From Escherichia phage EC148, in the sequence record NC_106721.1: DNA of 64,000 nt; one strand, written 5' to 3'. The notes beneath the pieces are model-generated. The model was not told where the DNA came from, made no database searches, and saw only the letters and a list, made by a program, of their open reading frames with translations. This document shows positions 1-9,677 of this stretch, piece after piece. Made by a program: the position numbers and the translations under genes. Numbering within the stretch: the first letter of the stretch is position 1; the number at the start of each line of letters is the position of its first letter.

Positions 1-19
1 ACAATTTCAACTTTAATTA

Positions 20-754
20 TTACGCAACTTTTAATTTCTCGATATATTGTTGCGGGCTGCAACTATATTCTGCGCGTTCTTCCTCGGTCATACCTTCCCA
101 ACATAATTTCAAACGATCAGCTAGGAATTGATAATCATTATCATCATCGAGGGATTCATCAATAAAGGTTTCACCTATCAATGCCACGCCGATTGATAGA
201 ATATCGTTAACGGCTTGCGCGTCCAGCGTTTTAAATCCGTATGATGCCGCCGCTGATAGTACACCCTTATGATCGTCAATCATTGTAAAATCAGCGTTCG
301 GATATAACTGTTTAAATAATTCAAAATAATAAGATTTATATACTGCGTCTTTGCTGTGGTATATTTCGCTAACTTTATCAGCTTCAAAATATTTGTGTAG
401 TGTATCACGGGAAAACACGCGGATATTACTATTACCACGACCGCGCAGACCTTGTTTACGCAAATAATAATAGTCCGACTTGCTCATTAGTCGAGCGGTA
501 CAAATAATGTTTAAAGTATTTGCGTCATTCATGCACTGGCGCATGTATTCAACTAATGGTAATAAAGTATCCTGCATTATTAAATGATGTTTGCAGGCTT
601 CATTTTTATACTTATTTAAATCTAAATTGCCCTCACTATCAAAGCAAGGCGCTACACGATGGAAAGAATTAACGATAGTGCCGTCTAAATCCCAAATCAT
701 GACGCGGGAAATATGCGGGAAGCTGCGGGAAAGATTCATGATAGCTTTATTCAT
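20..754 (-). CDS. dmp: 5'-deoxyribonucleotidase, HAD-family phosphatase (T5 dmp-like)
   Basis: 244 aa ORF with HAD motif I (WDLDGTIV) near the N-terminus; first gene of pre-early block. Confidence 0.65.
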   Translation of the reverse strand: MNKAIMNLSRSFPHISRVMIWDLDGTIVNSFHRVAPCFDSEGNLDLNKYKNEACKHHLIMQDTLLPLVEYMRQCMNDANTLNIICTARLMSKSDYYYLRKQGLRGRGNSNIRVFSRDTLHKYFEADKVSEIYHSKDAVYKSYYFELFKQLYPNADFTMIDDHKGVLSAAASYGFKTLDAQAVNDILSIGVALIGETFIDESLDDDNDYQFLADRLKLCWEGMTEEERAEYSCSPQQYIEKLKVA

Positions 755-833
755 TTGTTACGTTCTCCATTTAAGGGATTAGATTAATTCAGCATTACCC
801 GCTATTTATAAGCGGGTAATAATAAATTAACTA

Positions 834-1226
834 TTAAAGACCATAAGCCAACGCATCAGCGATAAAACTAACATCCTCACCGGATACGCTGGAACGAATA
901 CCCGCACAAGTATATACTTTCGCACTCGTTAGCTGATCATCAAGGCAAGCGGGGCAAGGCGCGACAACTGCAAAGGCTAGACCAGATTTTACCGCGTCAA
1001 TAATGATTGTTTCTTGTTTCATCGTGTCAACATAAACGCCTTTTGCTTTAATATGGCTTGTTAGTTTGCCTTGCATATATGCAAATGTTGTAACCTGCAT
1101 CGCATCATTGAAATCTAACAATTCATCAATAACGTGCCCCGCCTCGACGTGATAACGTTCACCATTAGAATAAACCAGAACAATGGAAGACTGAGCGCGA
1201 TCGAATGGAATATTTTGCTTTTTCAT
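834..1226 (-). CDS. hypothetical protein with HxE ... PCxxC zinc-binding signature
   Basis: 130 aa ORF; HVEAGH and APCPAC motifs resemble a deaminase-type zinc site but spacing (about 70 aa) is atypical. Confidence 0.4.
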   Translation of the reverse strand: MKKQNIPFDRAQSSIVLVYSNGERYHVEAGHVIDELLDFNDAMQVTTFAYMQGKLTSHIKAKGVYVDTMKQETIIIDAVKSGLAFAVVAPCPACLDDQLTSAKVYTCAGIRSSVSGEDVSFIADALAYGL

Positions 1227-1264
1227 ATTTATAAAACCCCAATTAGTTTAATAATGGATTTAAA

Positions 1265-1522
1265 TTATTTGATAATAATCTGCATCTGGTACGGCGTTAA
1301 TTCACCGTTTACGGGTAGATTATTATCACTTAGCCACTCATAAAAAGCGCTATCGTCATCAAAAGGAACAACATCATTATCACGGTAATCTACGGAAATA
1401 ACGCCATCAGTATTAGTTTTAGCGGCTAGGATAGGCCCGAAGCTGTAAACTTTATCAGATTCCATTTCATCCGGTGAAATGAATACTTTTTCGTCCAGTG
1501 TTTTGGGTAATGTAACTTTCAT
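1265..1522 (-). CDS. hypothetical protein
   Basis: 85 aa ORF co-directional with dmp/A1. Confidence 0.4.
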   Translation of the reverse strand: MKVTLPKTLDEKVFISPDEMESDKVYSFGPILAAKTNTDGVISVDYRDNDVVPFDDDSAFYEWLSDNNLPVNGELTPYQMQIIIK

Positions 1523-1577
1523 TTTTGTGACTCCTGAAATAGCGGCTATATTTCAAGCCGCTAGGGAAATAATTTAA

Positions 1578-3242
1578 TTACGCAAAGAATTTACCGTTTT
1601 TAAAGTCAATCAAAGTGCGCTGACCGTTTGCATAGGTAATTAAATGCGTCTGCGTCCAGCTTGACGCGCCAACGTTGTAACCCATATCCAGACTACCAGC
1701 TACGCCAGCGGTGTATACGCCGCCGTAAATGCTGGCGGTATGCGTATGCCCCGTGTTTAACTTGCCCAATTTCTTAAATTGTTTCGGGTTGCCACGGCTG
1801 CCGTTAATGCCGTTGTGACCGTGTACGCCGCATTCAATACCTGCAATCTTGAAAGATTGGTCAGTGGTTAGGAAAATGGCGTTAAACTCACAACCTGCAA
1901 CCTTGCGCAACGCATAATCTAGCACGTTGAAAGTATCGTCATGCTCACCGATTGCCGCGTAAATTGCAGCATTTAGGCGGTGATATAGTTCGGCGTTGGC
2001 GGGATCGTCTTTAATGTTAGCATTACGATCATCAAGCCAGCGGGATAGCGCCAAATCGTGATTCGATTCTACGATGATTGTTTGACTAAAATCACGTTCC
2101 ATTGATTCCAGCACGCGCCCCGTATCGATAAGATCATCCAGAACTTTATCACGTCCGGCGGCATACTGTTTCGCTAGGAATACACCGGATGCACGGTTAT
2201 GATGATTGCGCGATGTAAAATCATGCACGTCATGAATAAGCTGATATTTTGGTTTAAGAATATCAAGCAAACTATTCTCGCCAGCCCATGACGCAACGGC
2301 ACAATCATCATCTAATTTTTCGGCGTGAATATCGCCATACTGCAAGCCTAAAACATGCCCCGATGTTTCATAGCATCCGGCAGGAGTAGCGCAAACGTTC
2401 AGATCATAAAACACCCCGCTTTCGTCCATCGTTTCAAGCTGGCGTACAAAAAATTCCCCGTCGTCGTCGAACTCAACAATAAGCGCACCGAAGTTATGCA
2501 GCGCCTCGGCCTTTTGTCCTGCTTTCTGCTGAATGTAGTTTTTGAGCGTTGCCGTTCCGGTTGAATACATACGGCGCACTACTTCACCTTTTAAAGCTGG
2601 CACACTTTCAGCGGTGATTTTAGCGTGACCAATTGCCAGACCTTCAATATTTAAAGCCGTTGCAGTTTCTGCGAATCCAGAAAGCGGATAATCTGCGGTT
2701 GGCAAAACATTAATTTCAGCCATGAAAGCGAAACGGCGGTTATTTAAAAACACGTTTTTGCTGCAAATATATTTATCAAACGCGGAATCATATTTGATTC
2801 CATCCGCACCTTCCCCATTTTGAAAACCGTTTTTATTATAAATATACTTAGAAACGAGCAAATCAGCGCCGATAAATTTGGCATATTGTTCAAGTGAGGC
2901 CAAAAAGTTTTTATGCGGGAAAGTATTATTCTGAATCGATGTAATAATAAAGCGTTTGCCTTGTTTTACTTCCCACTGTTCAACCGTGCTAGAAACAACC
3001 CCCGCCGCTTCTGGGCGCTCGTCGTTTTTAATGGCTTTTGCTACTTTCGCCGCTTTCGGTTTCGCTGGTTTATTTGCTTCCAACCAATCACAAATGGCGG
3101 TGGAGTGTTTCGTTGTATCGTAGACCGCTTTTGATATATCGTCGCAGACTTCCAGTTTAGTAGCGCGCAGACGTTTACCATAGAAATTAAAGTCAGCGGC
3201 CATTTTCAGGATAACGGTTTGTTTTTCTGCGGAAATAATCAT
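1578..3242 (-). CDS. A1: A1-like pre-early protein, calcineurin-type metallophosphoesterase
   Basis: 554 aa ORF; phosphoesterase motifs GDIH, HDVHDF, ESNHD, GHNG/GHTH; position after dmp matches T5 pre-early order. Confidence 0.65.
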   Translation of the reverse strand: MIISAEKQTVILKMAADFNFYGKRLRATKLEVCDDISKAVYDTTKHSTAICDWLEANKPAKPKAAKVAKAIKNDERPEAAGVVSSTVEQWEVKQGKRFIITSIQNNTFPHKNFLASLEQYAKFIGADLLVSKYIYNKNGFQNGEGADGIKYDSAFDKYICSKNVFLNNRRFAFMAEINVLPTADYPLSGFAETATALNIEGLAIGHAKITAESVPALKGEVVRRMYSTGTATLKNYIQQKAGQKAEALHNFGALIVEFDDDGEFFVRQLETMDESGVFYDLNVCATPAGCYETSGHVLGLQYGDIHAEKLDDDCAVASWAGENSLLDILKPKYQLIHDVHDFTSRNHHNRASGVFLAKQYAAGRDKVLDDLIDTGRVLESMERDFSQTIIVESNHDLALSRWLDDRNANIKDDPANAELYHRLNAAIYAAIGEHDDTFNVLDYALRKVAGCEFNAIFLTTDQSFKIAGIECGVHGHNGINGSRGNPKQFKKLGKLNTGHTHTASIYGGVYTAGVAGSLDMGYNVGASSWTQTHLITYANGQRTLIDFKNGKFFA

Positions 3243-3581
3243 GATAATAAAACTCCATTAAAGGGATTAGATTAATAACGGCAATATTGCCAAATATAAC
3301 GCCTCGAATAATAGGCGTTATAATTTGCAACATTAATTTAAAGGCATAAGGCTAGAACTAACACCACAAGCAACGGCGGCAATAAAACAAATAATACGAA
3401 TCTAAATCATTTTGAAAATAAGCGAACAATAACGAGGCCGCCATAATAAACAAGCCTAGAATTAATGATTCAGTAGGATAAAAGATCATTTTAAAAACTC
3501 CTGATTTAAGGGAAGAAAATAACTATCGCTAAACAGTTATATTATTGCCCCCTCACTAAAAAAGGGGGCAAGGTATAACTA

Positions 3582-3989
3582 TTATTCGCCTGCGGCTTGT
3601 TTTACTTCATCGGCAACGCCTAACAATTGCGCTACTGCGTCCAGCGTTTCAAGTTTTGCACTTTCAAGGCTTGCCAGATCATCGGCATCTTTGATAATGC
3701 CGGAATCGATAGCGTGTTTTGCAATAACGCGTACATAATGAGCTTTGCGGATTGAACTACCGCCGCCAACTTTGCGAGGCTTATCGCTTTTTTGATATGC
3801 TTTTGCGCTGGTCAATTTTGACCGAACGGATACGGGAGAAGCCGCGCCCACTGCTTTTGCAATCTCTTTTAAACCGTCGCTATTTGCGAAATCTAAACCG
3901 TTTTCATTAATTAACTGTTGATACATGGAAACAGCTTTCTGAGTGTTTTCTTCATTCCATGCGAATTTTGCGATTTTAGCGTTAGTCAT
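3582..3989 (-). CDS. A2: A2-like pre-early protein
   Basis: 135 aa ORF downstream of A1 with the same conserved upstream leader motif as dmp and A1; size and position fit T5 A2. Confidence 0.45.
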   Translation of the reverse strand: MTNAKIAKFAWNEENTQKAVSMYQQLINENGLDFANSDGLKEIAKAVGAASPVSVRSKLTSAKAYQKSDKPRKVGGGSSIRKAHYVRVIAKHAIDSGIIKDADDLASLESAKLETLDAVAQLLGVADEVKQAAGE

Positions 3990-4085
3990 GATGTAACTCC
4001 TATTAGTTTAATTTAAGGGATTAGATTAACTTAATGTTAATCGTTATATCCCCCTGAAATAAGGGGATATAAAGTTAACACTAAT

Positions 4086-4337
4086 TTACAATACAGCTTC
4101 CCATTTTTCGTTGCGTTGAACAACCTTTACAACATCGCCGGATTTAACGCGAACGCTAAAAACGGGCTTGCCGTTGTTACTACGTTCATTTTCAGCGTAT
4201 ACCGCGTCGATTGTATCGAACGGCATAAGCGCCGCACCTTTAATACGTTCGGCCTTTCCGGTTAATTCATCCGTTTTAGTAACGAAAGGAATGAAGACGG
4301 ATTGACCAACTTTCGGCGCGGTAATAACGTTTTGCAT
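4086..4337 (-). CDS. hypothetical protein
   Basis: 83 aa ORF, co-directional pre-early block. Confidence 0.4.
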   Translation of the reverse strand: MQNVITAPKVGQSVFIPFVTKTDELTGKAERIKGAALMPFDTIDAVYAENERSNNGKPVFSVRVKSGDVVKVVQRNEKWEAVL

Positions 4338-5218
4338 AATATAAACTCCTAGTTATTTGGGGATTGTTCCGCATTACCTGCTAGAAAGTAACAGCAGGTA
4401 ATAAGTAACAATCCGCTCGCCAATATAATCAATTTTAAAGAACTCCACGTAGGCCGCTATATCCCGTTAGGGGGCGGGATGCATTATGGTAAGCACCGAC
4501 CGTCAAATTTTATCAAGTTATCGCTCTTATCGAACTGGGTACATCTTAAAACCTATCGGCTAGGTTGTCAAACAATTTTTTGCAATTTTTTATGATTTTC
4601 TTTTAGGTCAATCATAATATTTCGCCAGATCATTTCCAGACCTTGCTGGCGACCTTTCTTGTACTGCGTGAATCTATATCTTACTGATCTTTGAGCTACT
4701 GTCAACAAATTTTTTGTTTTGCTATCTAGTGCCTTAATAGGCTTGCCAGTGATCAAAAGCGTTTGTTTCATATCGTCGATTCCTTATAATGAATAAGTTT
4801 ACCGCCGATAGGCTTTAAGATGTACCCAATTTTTAAAGAGCGTGGCGGTAAACTTCCCGCCGTGTAGTTCGTCATTGCCGCCCTACGAGATAAATAATAG
4901 GGGATTCCCGAAAATGGCGCAACCTTATTTTTGTAAAGAAATGTAAAGGTAAAACTCACCGGACACCGTGCGGCGACGGCCTAAAATTAAAAGAAACGGG
5001 CGCGCGAATACCACAAAATAAAGCAAATAGGCAAGTAATTTTTTCATTTATATTTGCTTTGCCCTACTTGACAAAATCTAAAAAGCTCGTGGTAATGATA
5101 AACGGCTTATCCCCTTATGATGGGATGGCTAAAAACTTTATTGCGTTCTGGAGCGTTTTAGGCGCATTCTAGCCTTGTTGATAACTTATCCCCAAAAGCA
5201 AAAATGAAATTTTCCTAG

Positions 5219-5251
5219 TTATCCACTTGACTTTTATTTTCCAGTGGATAA
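5219..5251. promoter_or_regulatory. inverted pair of DnaA-box-like 9-mers (TTATCCACT / AGTGGATAA)
   Basis: 8/9 matches to TTATCCACA on both strands, 15 bp apart, in an ORF-free AT-rich region. Confidence 0.45.
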
Positions 5252-5505
5252 CTACTTATTTTATGAAATAAATTAATTGACTTTTATTTGTTAGTATGCA
5301 TCGGAAAGATAGCAGACTAATAATTGCTAGAATGATAATCATGCTGGTGGATTGTAACGACCTGAATTATTAGCAGACTATTAATCACGGAAAAATCTCA
5401 TTAGCCAACTAACTATTTCATGATATATAATATACATATAAATTAATGAGAAATAATAACTATAAGAAATCATCTAGCTAAGTGAGAACCACTATCATTT
5501 AAGTT

Positions 5506-5514
5506 ATACACAAA
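5506..5514 (+). promoter_or_regulatory. DnaA box (TTATCCACA)
   Basis: perfect 9-mer consensus read directly. Confidence 0.5.
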
Positions 5515-5576
5515 GTTATCCACAGCACTTTTTGACTTGACACGATAGGCGGCGATATAAGGACTTTTACACAGAC

Positions 5577-5585
5577 TTATCCACA
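5577..5585 (+). promoter_or_regulatory. DnaA box (TTATCCACA)
   Basis: perfect 9-mer consensus read directly. Confidence 0.5.
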
Positions 5586-5877
5586 GGTTATCCTACTGTA
5601 TATTTATACAGGGTAAAAAGGTAGTGTTAACAACTGCAATCAATTTTAAGCGGCTTAAATCGCATTCTAACGAGCTAAACGCTGTAAGGTAATATTAAAG
5701 TAAAGCCTCAATGCGTCGGCCTGGTGGCTTCGCCGTGGTTTGCTCTTTATTGCACCGCTGCGCGGTTATCATAAAAATAGGCGCTAGGCAAGGAAAATAA
5801 AAAGGTAAAATAATATTTGCCTATGCTAGAAATTTACCTTTATCATTCACTCACCGATTAACGAGGAGGCCGAACAA

Positions 5878-6888
5878 ATGAGGCTGTATAAACCTGATAA
5901 TGCCACCGTATTAAAGGGTGCATTGCGCAACCTGCTAGACGGTAGCAAGTCAACCAGCATTAAACATTTTATTAACAAGATTGAAACTATTCATCAAAAC
6001 TTTTTTGATGATTATGACGCTTATGATATGGATAGTTTTCTACCCTTATATAGACAAGGGGCAACGCTAGTTTTATATAATCGGGATTGCCATATCTTTA
6101 CAGGCAGGGGAGCGGGGCCGGATACCGATTTTATTGTTGCGCAGGGTAATAATATTGTTGCGTATCATAGCAATTCAGGCCGTCAATCATTTAATATAAA
6201 TAGTTTTGAGCTTATTGGACTTGATCTGATAAATGGACTTTCTAGCATTGAGGGATTTTTAGATGTTATCTGGAAGTATTTACCCGCTGGATGGCATAAG
6301 CCGGATAACGACGGATCTCAATATACCGGTATAATGGCTTTTGATGGCGACGGTAATTTTTTGTTACCACGGGAGCTATACCCATATATTTATGATGGGG
6401 ATATAGAAAGCGCTGGTTTTTCTTTCTGGAAAGATGAAGATCAGATTATTGACAGCGTAGAAAACCATGCTGTAAATTCTAACACTCAAAGCGTTAACAC
6501 TCAAACTACTGAAAACAAAGGAAAAAACACCATGACCAAGATTGCTAACATCGTTGCCGCCAATAAATCCGCTGTTGTAAATGCTGCAAAACTGGAGGCG
6601 GGTAAAATTGCATTAACTCAAATTACGAAAGTAGCGGCTAAAAAAGCACCATTCATGATCAAAGGTTATATCGATACACCTATTGGTCGTGTAGTGATCG
6701 CTAACCTGCTGAGTGTAGCGGTTGACCAGTACGCACCGACTAACCAAAAGGCGAAAGCGGTAGCGGGGGCGGCTATGGAAGCGGCAATGCTGGAAATGGT
6801 GCAAAGTTTTAACATCGCTGAAATGATTGATGAAATGGTGAAAGGTATTGATATTTCTACTTTTACCACTAACACCGAAAGCGAGTAA
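5878..6888 (+). CDS. hypothetical protein
   Basis: 336 aa ORF preceded by GAGGAGG RBS; Ala/Lys-rich C-terminal half; hairpin terminator follows. Confidence 0.5.
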   Translation: MRLYKPDNATVLKGALRNLLDGSKSTSIKHFINKIETIHQNFFDDYDAYDMDSFLPLYRQGATLVLYNRDCHIFTGRGAGPDTDFIVAQGNNIVAYHSNSGRQSFNINSFELIGLDLINGLSSIEGFLDVIWKYLPAGWHKPDNDGSQYTGIMAFDGDGNFLLPRELYPYIYDGDIESAGFSFWKDEDQIIDSVENHAVNSNTQSVNTQTTENKGKNTMTKIANIVAANKSAVVNAAKLEAGKIALTQITKVAAKKAPFMIKGYIDTPIGRVVIANLLSVAVDQYAPTNQKAKAVAGAAMEAAMLEMVQSFNIAEMIDEMVKGIDISTFTTNTESE

Positions 6889-6896
6889 TAATATTT

Positions 6897-6925
6897 AGCG
6901 GGGATTATTTCCCCGCTTTACTACT
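6897..6925 (+). terminator. hairpin terminator candidate
   Basis: stem AGCGGGGA/TCCCCGCT followed by T-rich tract directly after the 336 aa ORF. Confidence 0.45.
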
Positions 6926-6953
6926 CCCTTGTTAATTAATAGGAGGCTAATAA

Positions 6954-7448
6954 ATGGCTGAGGAAAAATACGGCTTCTCGCTAGGGGAAGTGAGCACGGC
7001 TAAACATGATATGATCATTTTAGTCGATTGTCATACTGGCTATTGCGGGGAAGGGAATACCGAGGAATACTTTGTTCCTGCTGGTACGGATCTGGACGCT
7101 TTCGCTCATGAAATGGCTATTGATAATGCTTCTCGTTTTGGTAGCGATGGCTATGAAGACGAAGAAACTGGCGAATGGTATGAAAATGAAAACGTATATG
7201 CTGGCCTTTATCATTATCAATTAAGTAAATCCGGCACATATGTAAACGGCGGCGATCCTATTAATTCCGTCATGAAATTAATTATTAAATATGGTGGCGT
7301 CGAAATAATTGATAATAAAGCGGTAATATACGCAAATCGATTAAAACAGCTTGTTTATATTCCTGATAATACCCGATGGGAGGAATACGCTGTTTTACAT
7401 GATGAATTAAAACGATGTTTCAATGTTGAATCCTTACAGGTAGTTTAA
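6954..7448 (+). CDS. hypothetical acidic protein
   Basis: 164 aa ORF with AGGAGG RBS. Confidence 0.5.
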   Translation: MAEEKYGFSLGEVSTAKHDMIILVDCHTGYCGEGNTEEYFVPAGTDLDAFAHEMAIDNASRFGSDGYEDEETGEWYENENVYAGLYHYQLSKSGTYVNGGDPINSVMKLIIKYGGVEIIDNKAVIYANRLKQLVYIPDNTRWEEYAVLHDELKRCFNVESLQVV

Positions 7449-7552
7449 TGTAAAGTTTTGTAAAGGTCGCCTTTTATGGTGGCCTTTTTTGTTATAATGC
7501 TTTTACACCAAAACGGTGGATTAAAAATTTCCCAAAAATTTGGAGGCTTAAA

Positions 7553-7783
7553 ATGGTTGCTTACTCTTCTGCTACTCATCTGTTCACCGCTCAAGGCTGG
7601 GTATCTAACCGCGCCATTATTCATGAAATGGTGCAGGAGTTCGGCATTGCTAAAACTTATAACACCATCCAAGAACTATACAACGCCGATAAAATCGATC
7701 AGCAAACGGCGGGCTTTTTGCTGGACACGCTGAAAGCGGAACACTGTACTAAAAAACAAGCTGCAAAAATTGTTTTAATGTAA
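7553..7783 (+). CDS. hypothetical protein
   Basis: 76 aa ORF with GGAGG RBS. Confidence 0.4.
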   Translation: MVAYSSATHLFTAQGWVSNRAIIHEMVQEFGIAKTYNTIQELYNADKIDQQTAGFLLDTLKAEHCTKKQAAKIVLM

Positions 7784-7830
7784 TTAGTAACGGGGGATAT
7801 TATATCCCCCACTGACTAGGAGAATAAAAA

Positions 7831-7980
7831 ATGGTTATTTTTCGAGCTATTCTGGCGGGTATCTTGGGCGCTATTTTATCGTTGTTTGCAATAGCTTTTG
7901 GCGTTCACGCCGTTATTATTGGCGCTGGCATTGCTGCGTTTTCTTATCTGCTGGGCTGCATGACTAGTAAAGGAGAATAA
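7831..7980 (+). CDS. small hydrophobic membrane peptide (49 aa)
   Basis: own translation: MVIFRAILAGILGAILSLFAIAFGVHAVIIGAGIAAFSYLLGCMTSKGE; RBS AGGAGAA upstream; below the 60 aa cutoff of the ORF track. Confidence 0.4.
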   Translation: MVIFRAILAGILGAILSLFAIAFGVHAVIIGAGIAAFSYLLGCMTSKGE

Positions 7981-7982
7981 AA

Positions 7983-8195
7983 ATGATCCGCAACGTTTCC
8001 CTTGCACGTTCGAAAGGCTTTAAGCTGGTGGATGTTAACACGTTCGAGCGGGAAGATTGTAAAATCGAATATGTAGCACGTAACAAAAATGCCTTTCGTG
8101 TTACCGAGAAAAAATTTGATAAGCGCGGCAACGTGATAGCTGAAACAGTTAAACACTTTGCCACCTTTTACGCTGCGTTTCGTGGGGTACTATGA
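7983..8195 (+). CDS. hypothetical protein
   Basis: 70 aa ORF, start 3 nt after previous stop. Confidence 0.4.
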   Translation: MIRNVSLARSKGFKLVDVNTFEREDCKIEYVARNKNAFRVTEKKFDKRGNVIAETVKHFATFYAAFRGVL

Positions 8196-8335
8196 AAAGC
8201 GTTATTGTTATTATCCTTGCAATGGCTGGCGGTTTTATCGCCACCTTATTTAAAAATGACCCCATTTCATTGGGGATCTTTATGCTTTTATCTGGCTATC
8301 TAATCGGGAGGCTAACAAATGATTCAGCAAATTAA
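8192..8335 (+). CDS. small hydrophobic membrane peptide (47 aa)
   Basis: own translation MKSVIVIILAMAGGFIATLFKND...; ATGA start/stop overlap with upstream gene. Confidence 0.4.
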   Translation: MKSVIVIILAMAGGFIATLFKNDPISLGIFMLLSGYLIGRLTNDSAN

Positions 8336-8441
8336 AACGGCTTTTCGTTTTTGGGGCGTCCTGCCTTCAATTGGTTTTATTCTGATAATTATTAGTCAGC
8401 TAATGATCATCGGCGGAACTATTTGGGAGCTATGCAAATGA
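8319..8441 (+). CDS. small hydrophobic membrane peptide (40 aa)
   Basis: own translation MIQQIKTAFRFWGVLPSIGFILIIISQLMIIGGTIWELCK; overlaps the previous peptide gene in another frame. Confidence 0.35.
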   Translation: MIQQIKTAFRFWGVLPSIGFILIIISQLMIIGGTIWELCK

Positions 8442-8782
8442 TAATTTATGAAGGCAATCGTTTTGTTGCTAATTGCCGCCCAGCATTATTAGCAAACTAT
8501 TTAAATCAGCTTTCCCCAGCTTATAAGGGCGTTATTAATATTTATGAGGGCAAGGCACATTATAAAATTAATGCGGTCGTTGCCCGTGAACTAGCGTTTC
8601 AATTTTTGACCTTTGCATCTTGTGACGTTCAGGTTATGGGTGAAGCATTAATTGCAGAAAATGAAGATGATTTTATTAATATTTTCCGCAAGGTATGTAC
8701 CGAGCGCCTGATAATGAAAGGCGCATATATTCAATCCACTGCGGATAGTATTGAAACAGCGTTTCGAAAGGTGGCGCAATGA
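8438..8782 (+). CDS. hypothetical protein
   Basis: ORF track 8423..8782; start moved to ATG at 8438 (ATGA overlap with upstream stop). Confidence 0.45.
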   Translation: MIIYEGNRFVANCRPALLANYLNQLSPAYKGVINIYEGKAHYKINAVVARELAFQFLTFASCDVQVMGEALIAENEDDFINIFRKVCTERLIMKGAYIQSTADSIETAFRKVAQ

Positions 8783-8883
8783 GATTATATATTTTCGTTG
8801 GTAATAGTAAGGCCGCTAATGATTCCGCTGGTGGCGATAACATTCGCCACTATTGGCAAAAATATATTTACTAGGGAGTTATT

Positions 8884-9078
8884 ATGAGTAATAAAATAGT
8901 TGTAACCAAGATCAGTACAATGGTTGATGTTTTTTACGTGCCAGATACGCCGGAGAATCGGCAAGCGGTCGAGCGTGGCGAATATGATAAAGTGATTTAT
9001 GATCACGATGGTTATTATCAGTATTTGGTGGATTCCTACGGGGAGGAGGAAAAAATCACGCATCGACTACCAGACTAA
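8884..9078 (+). CDS. hypothetical protein
   Basis: 64 aa ORF with GGGAG RBS. Confidence 0.4.
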   Translation: MSNKIVVTKISTMVDVFYVPDTPENRQAVERGEYDKVIYDHDGYYQYLVDSYGEEEKITHRLPD

Positions 9079-9119
9079 TAATCACGGGGCGCAACTATCA
9101 GGGAGTGCCCCCAATTTTC

Positions 9120-9140
9120 AAATGAGAATGATTCTCATTT
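9120..9140. repeat. palindrome AAATGAGAATGATTCTCATTT
   Basis: near-perfect 21 bp inverted repeat; second copy at 9616-9635. Confidence 0.6.
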
Positions 9141-9435
9141 AACCGCGCCCGCGATGGTTAGCCTGCTAATGATTAGGGTGTTACGTGTCGCCTTGTGTGA
9201 TCGTTAGCTCGCTAACTAATTTCTAAGCCTCCTCCAATTTTACCCGTGTTTTAGTATCCCCAACAAAATTAAACGCGTTAGAATGCGTTTGAGAGCGTTT
9301 TAGCTGTATATTAGAATTATTCACTGCATAGGAATACTGTATATTTATACAGTAGGATAAGCTGTTGATAAGTCTGTTGATAACGCCTCAAAATGGCTAG
9401 GATTTTGTCAAGTCAAATCGTGCTGTTGATAAGTC

Positions 9436-9444
9436 TGTGGATAA
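9436..9444 (-). promoter_or_regulatory. DnaA box (TGTGGATAA, reverse orientation)
   Basis: perfect reverse complement of TTATCCACA next to two TGTTGATAA half-matches. Confidence 0.45.
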
Positions 9445-9615
9445 CTTAAATAATAGTGTTTCTCACTTCCATTCTTAAATACGAATCAGTATCATTCGCA
9501 TTTCACTATCTAACTAATAATCATTCCACTTTTTAAATGAGAATCGTTTCACTTCCTGAATAATTCTCATTTCCATTCTTAAATGCGAATTATTATCATT
9601 CACATTCCGCTTTTT

Positions 9616-9635
9616 AAATGAGAATGATTCTCATT
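9616..9635. repeat. palindrome AAATGAGAATGATTCTCATT (copy 2)
   Basis: same inverted repeat as 9120-9140, inside a block of tandem 30-50 bp repeats (9440-9650). Confidence 0.6.
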
Positions 9636-9677
9636 ATCATTCGTATTCAGGCAAGCAGGGCAATTGCCCTGCGCTTT

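Noticed and set aside
4568-4959. Two small minus-strand ORFs (4568..4771, 4768..4959)
   Set aside because: No RBS or leader motif like the neighbouring pre-early genes and they sit in a hairpin-rich intergenic region; coding status uncertain, not called.
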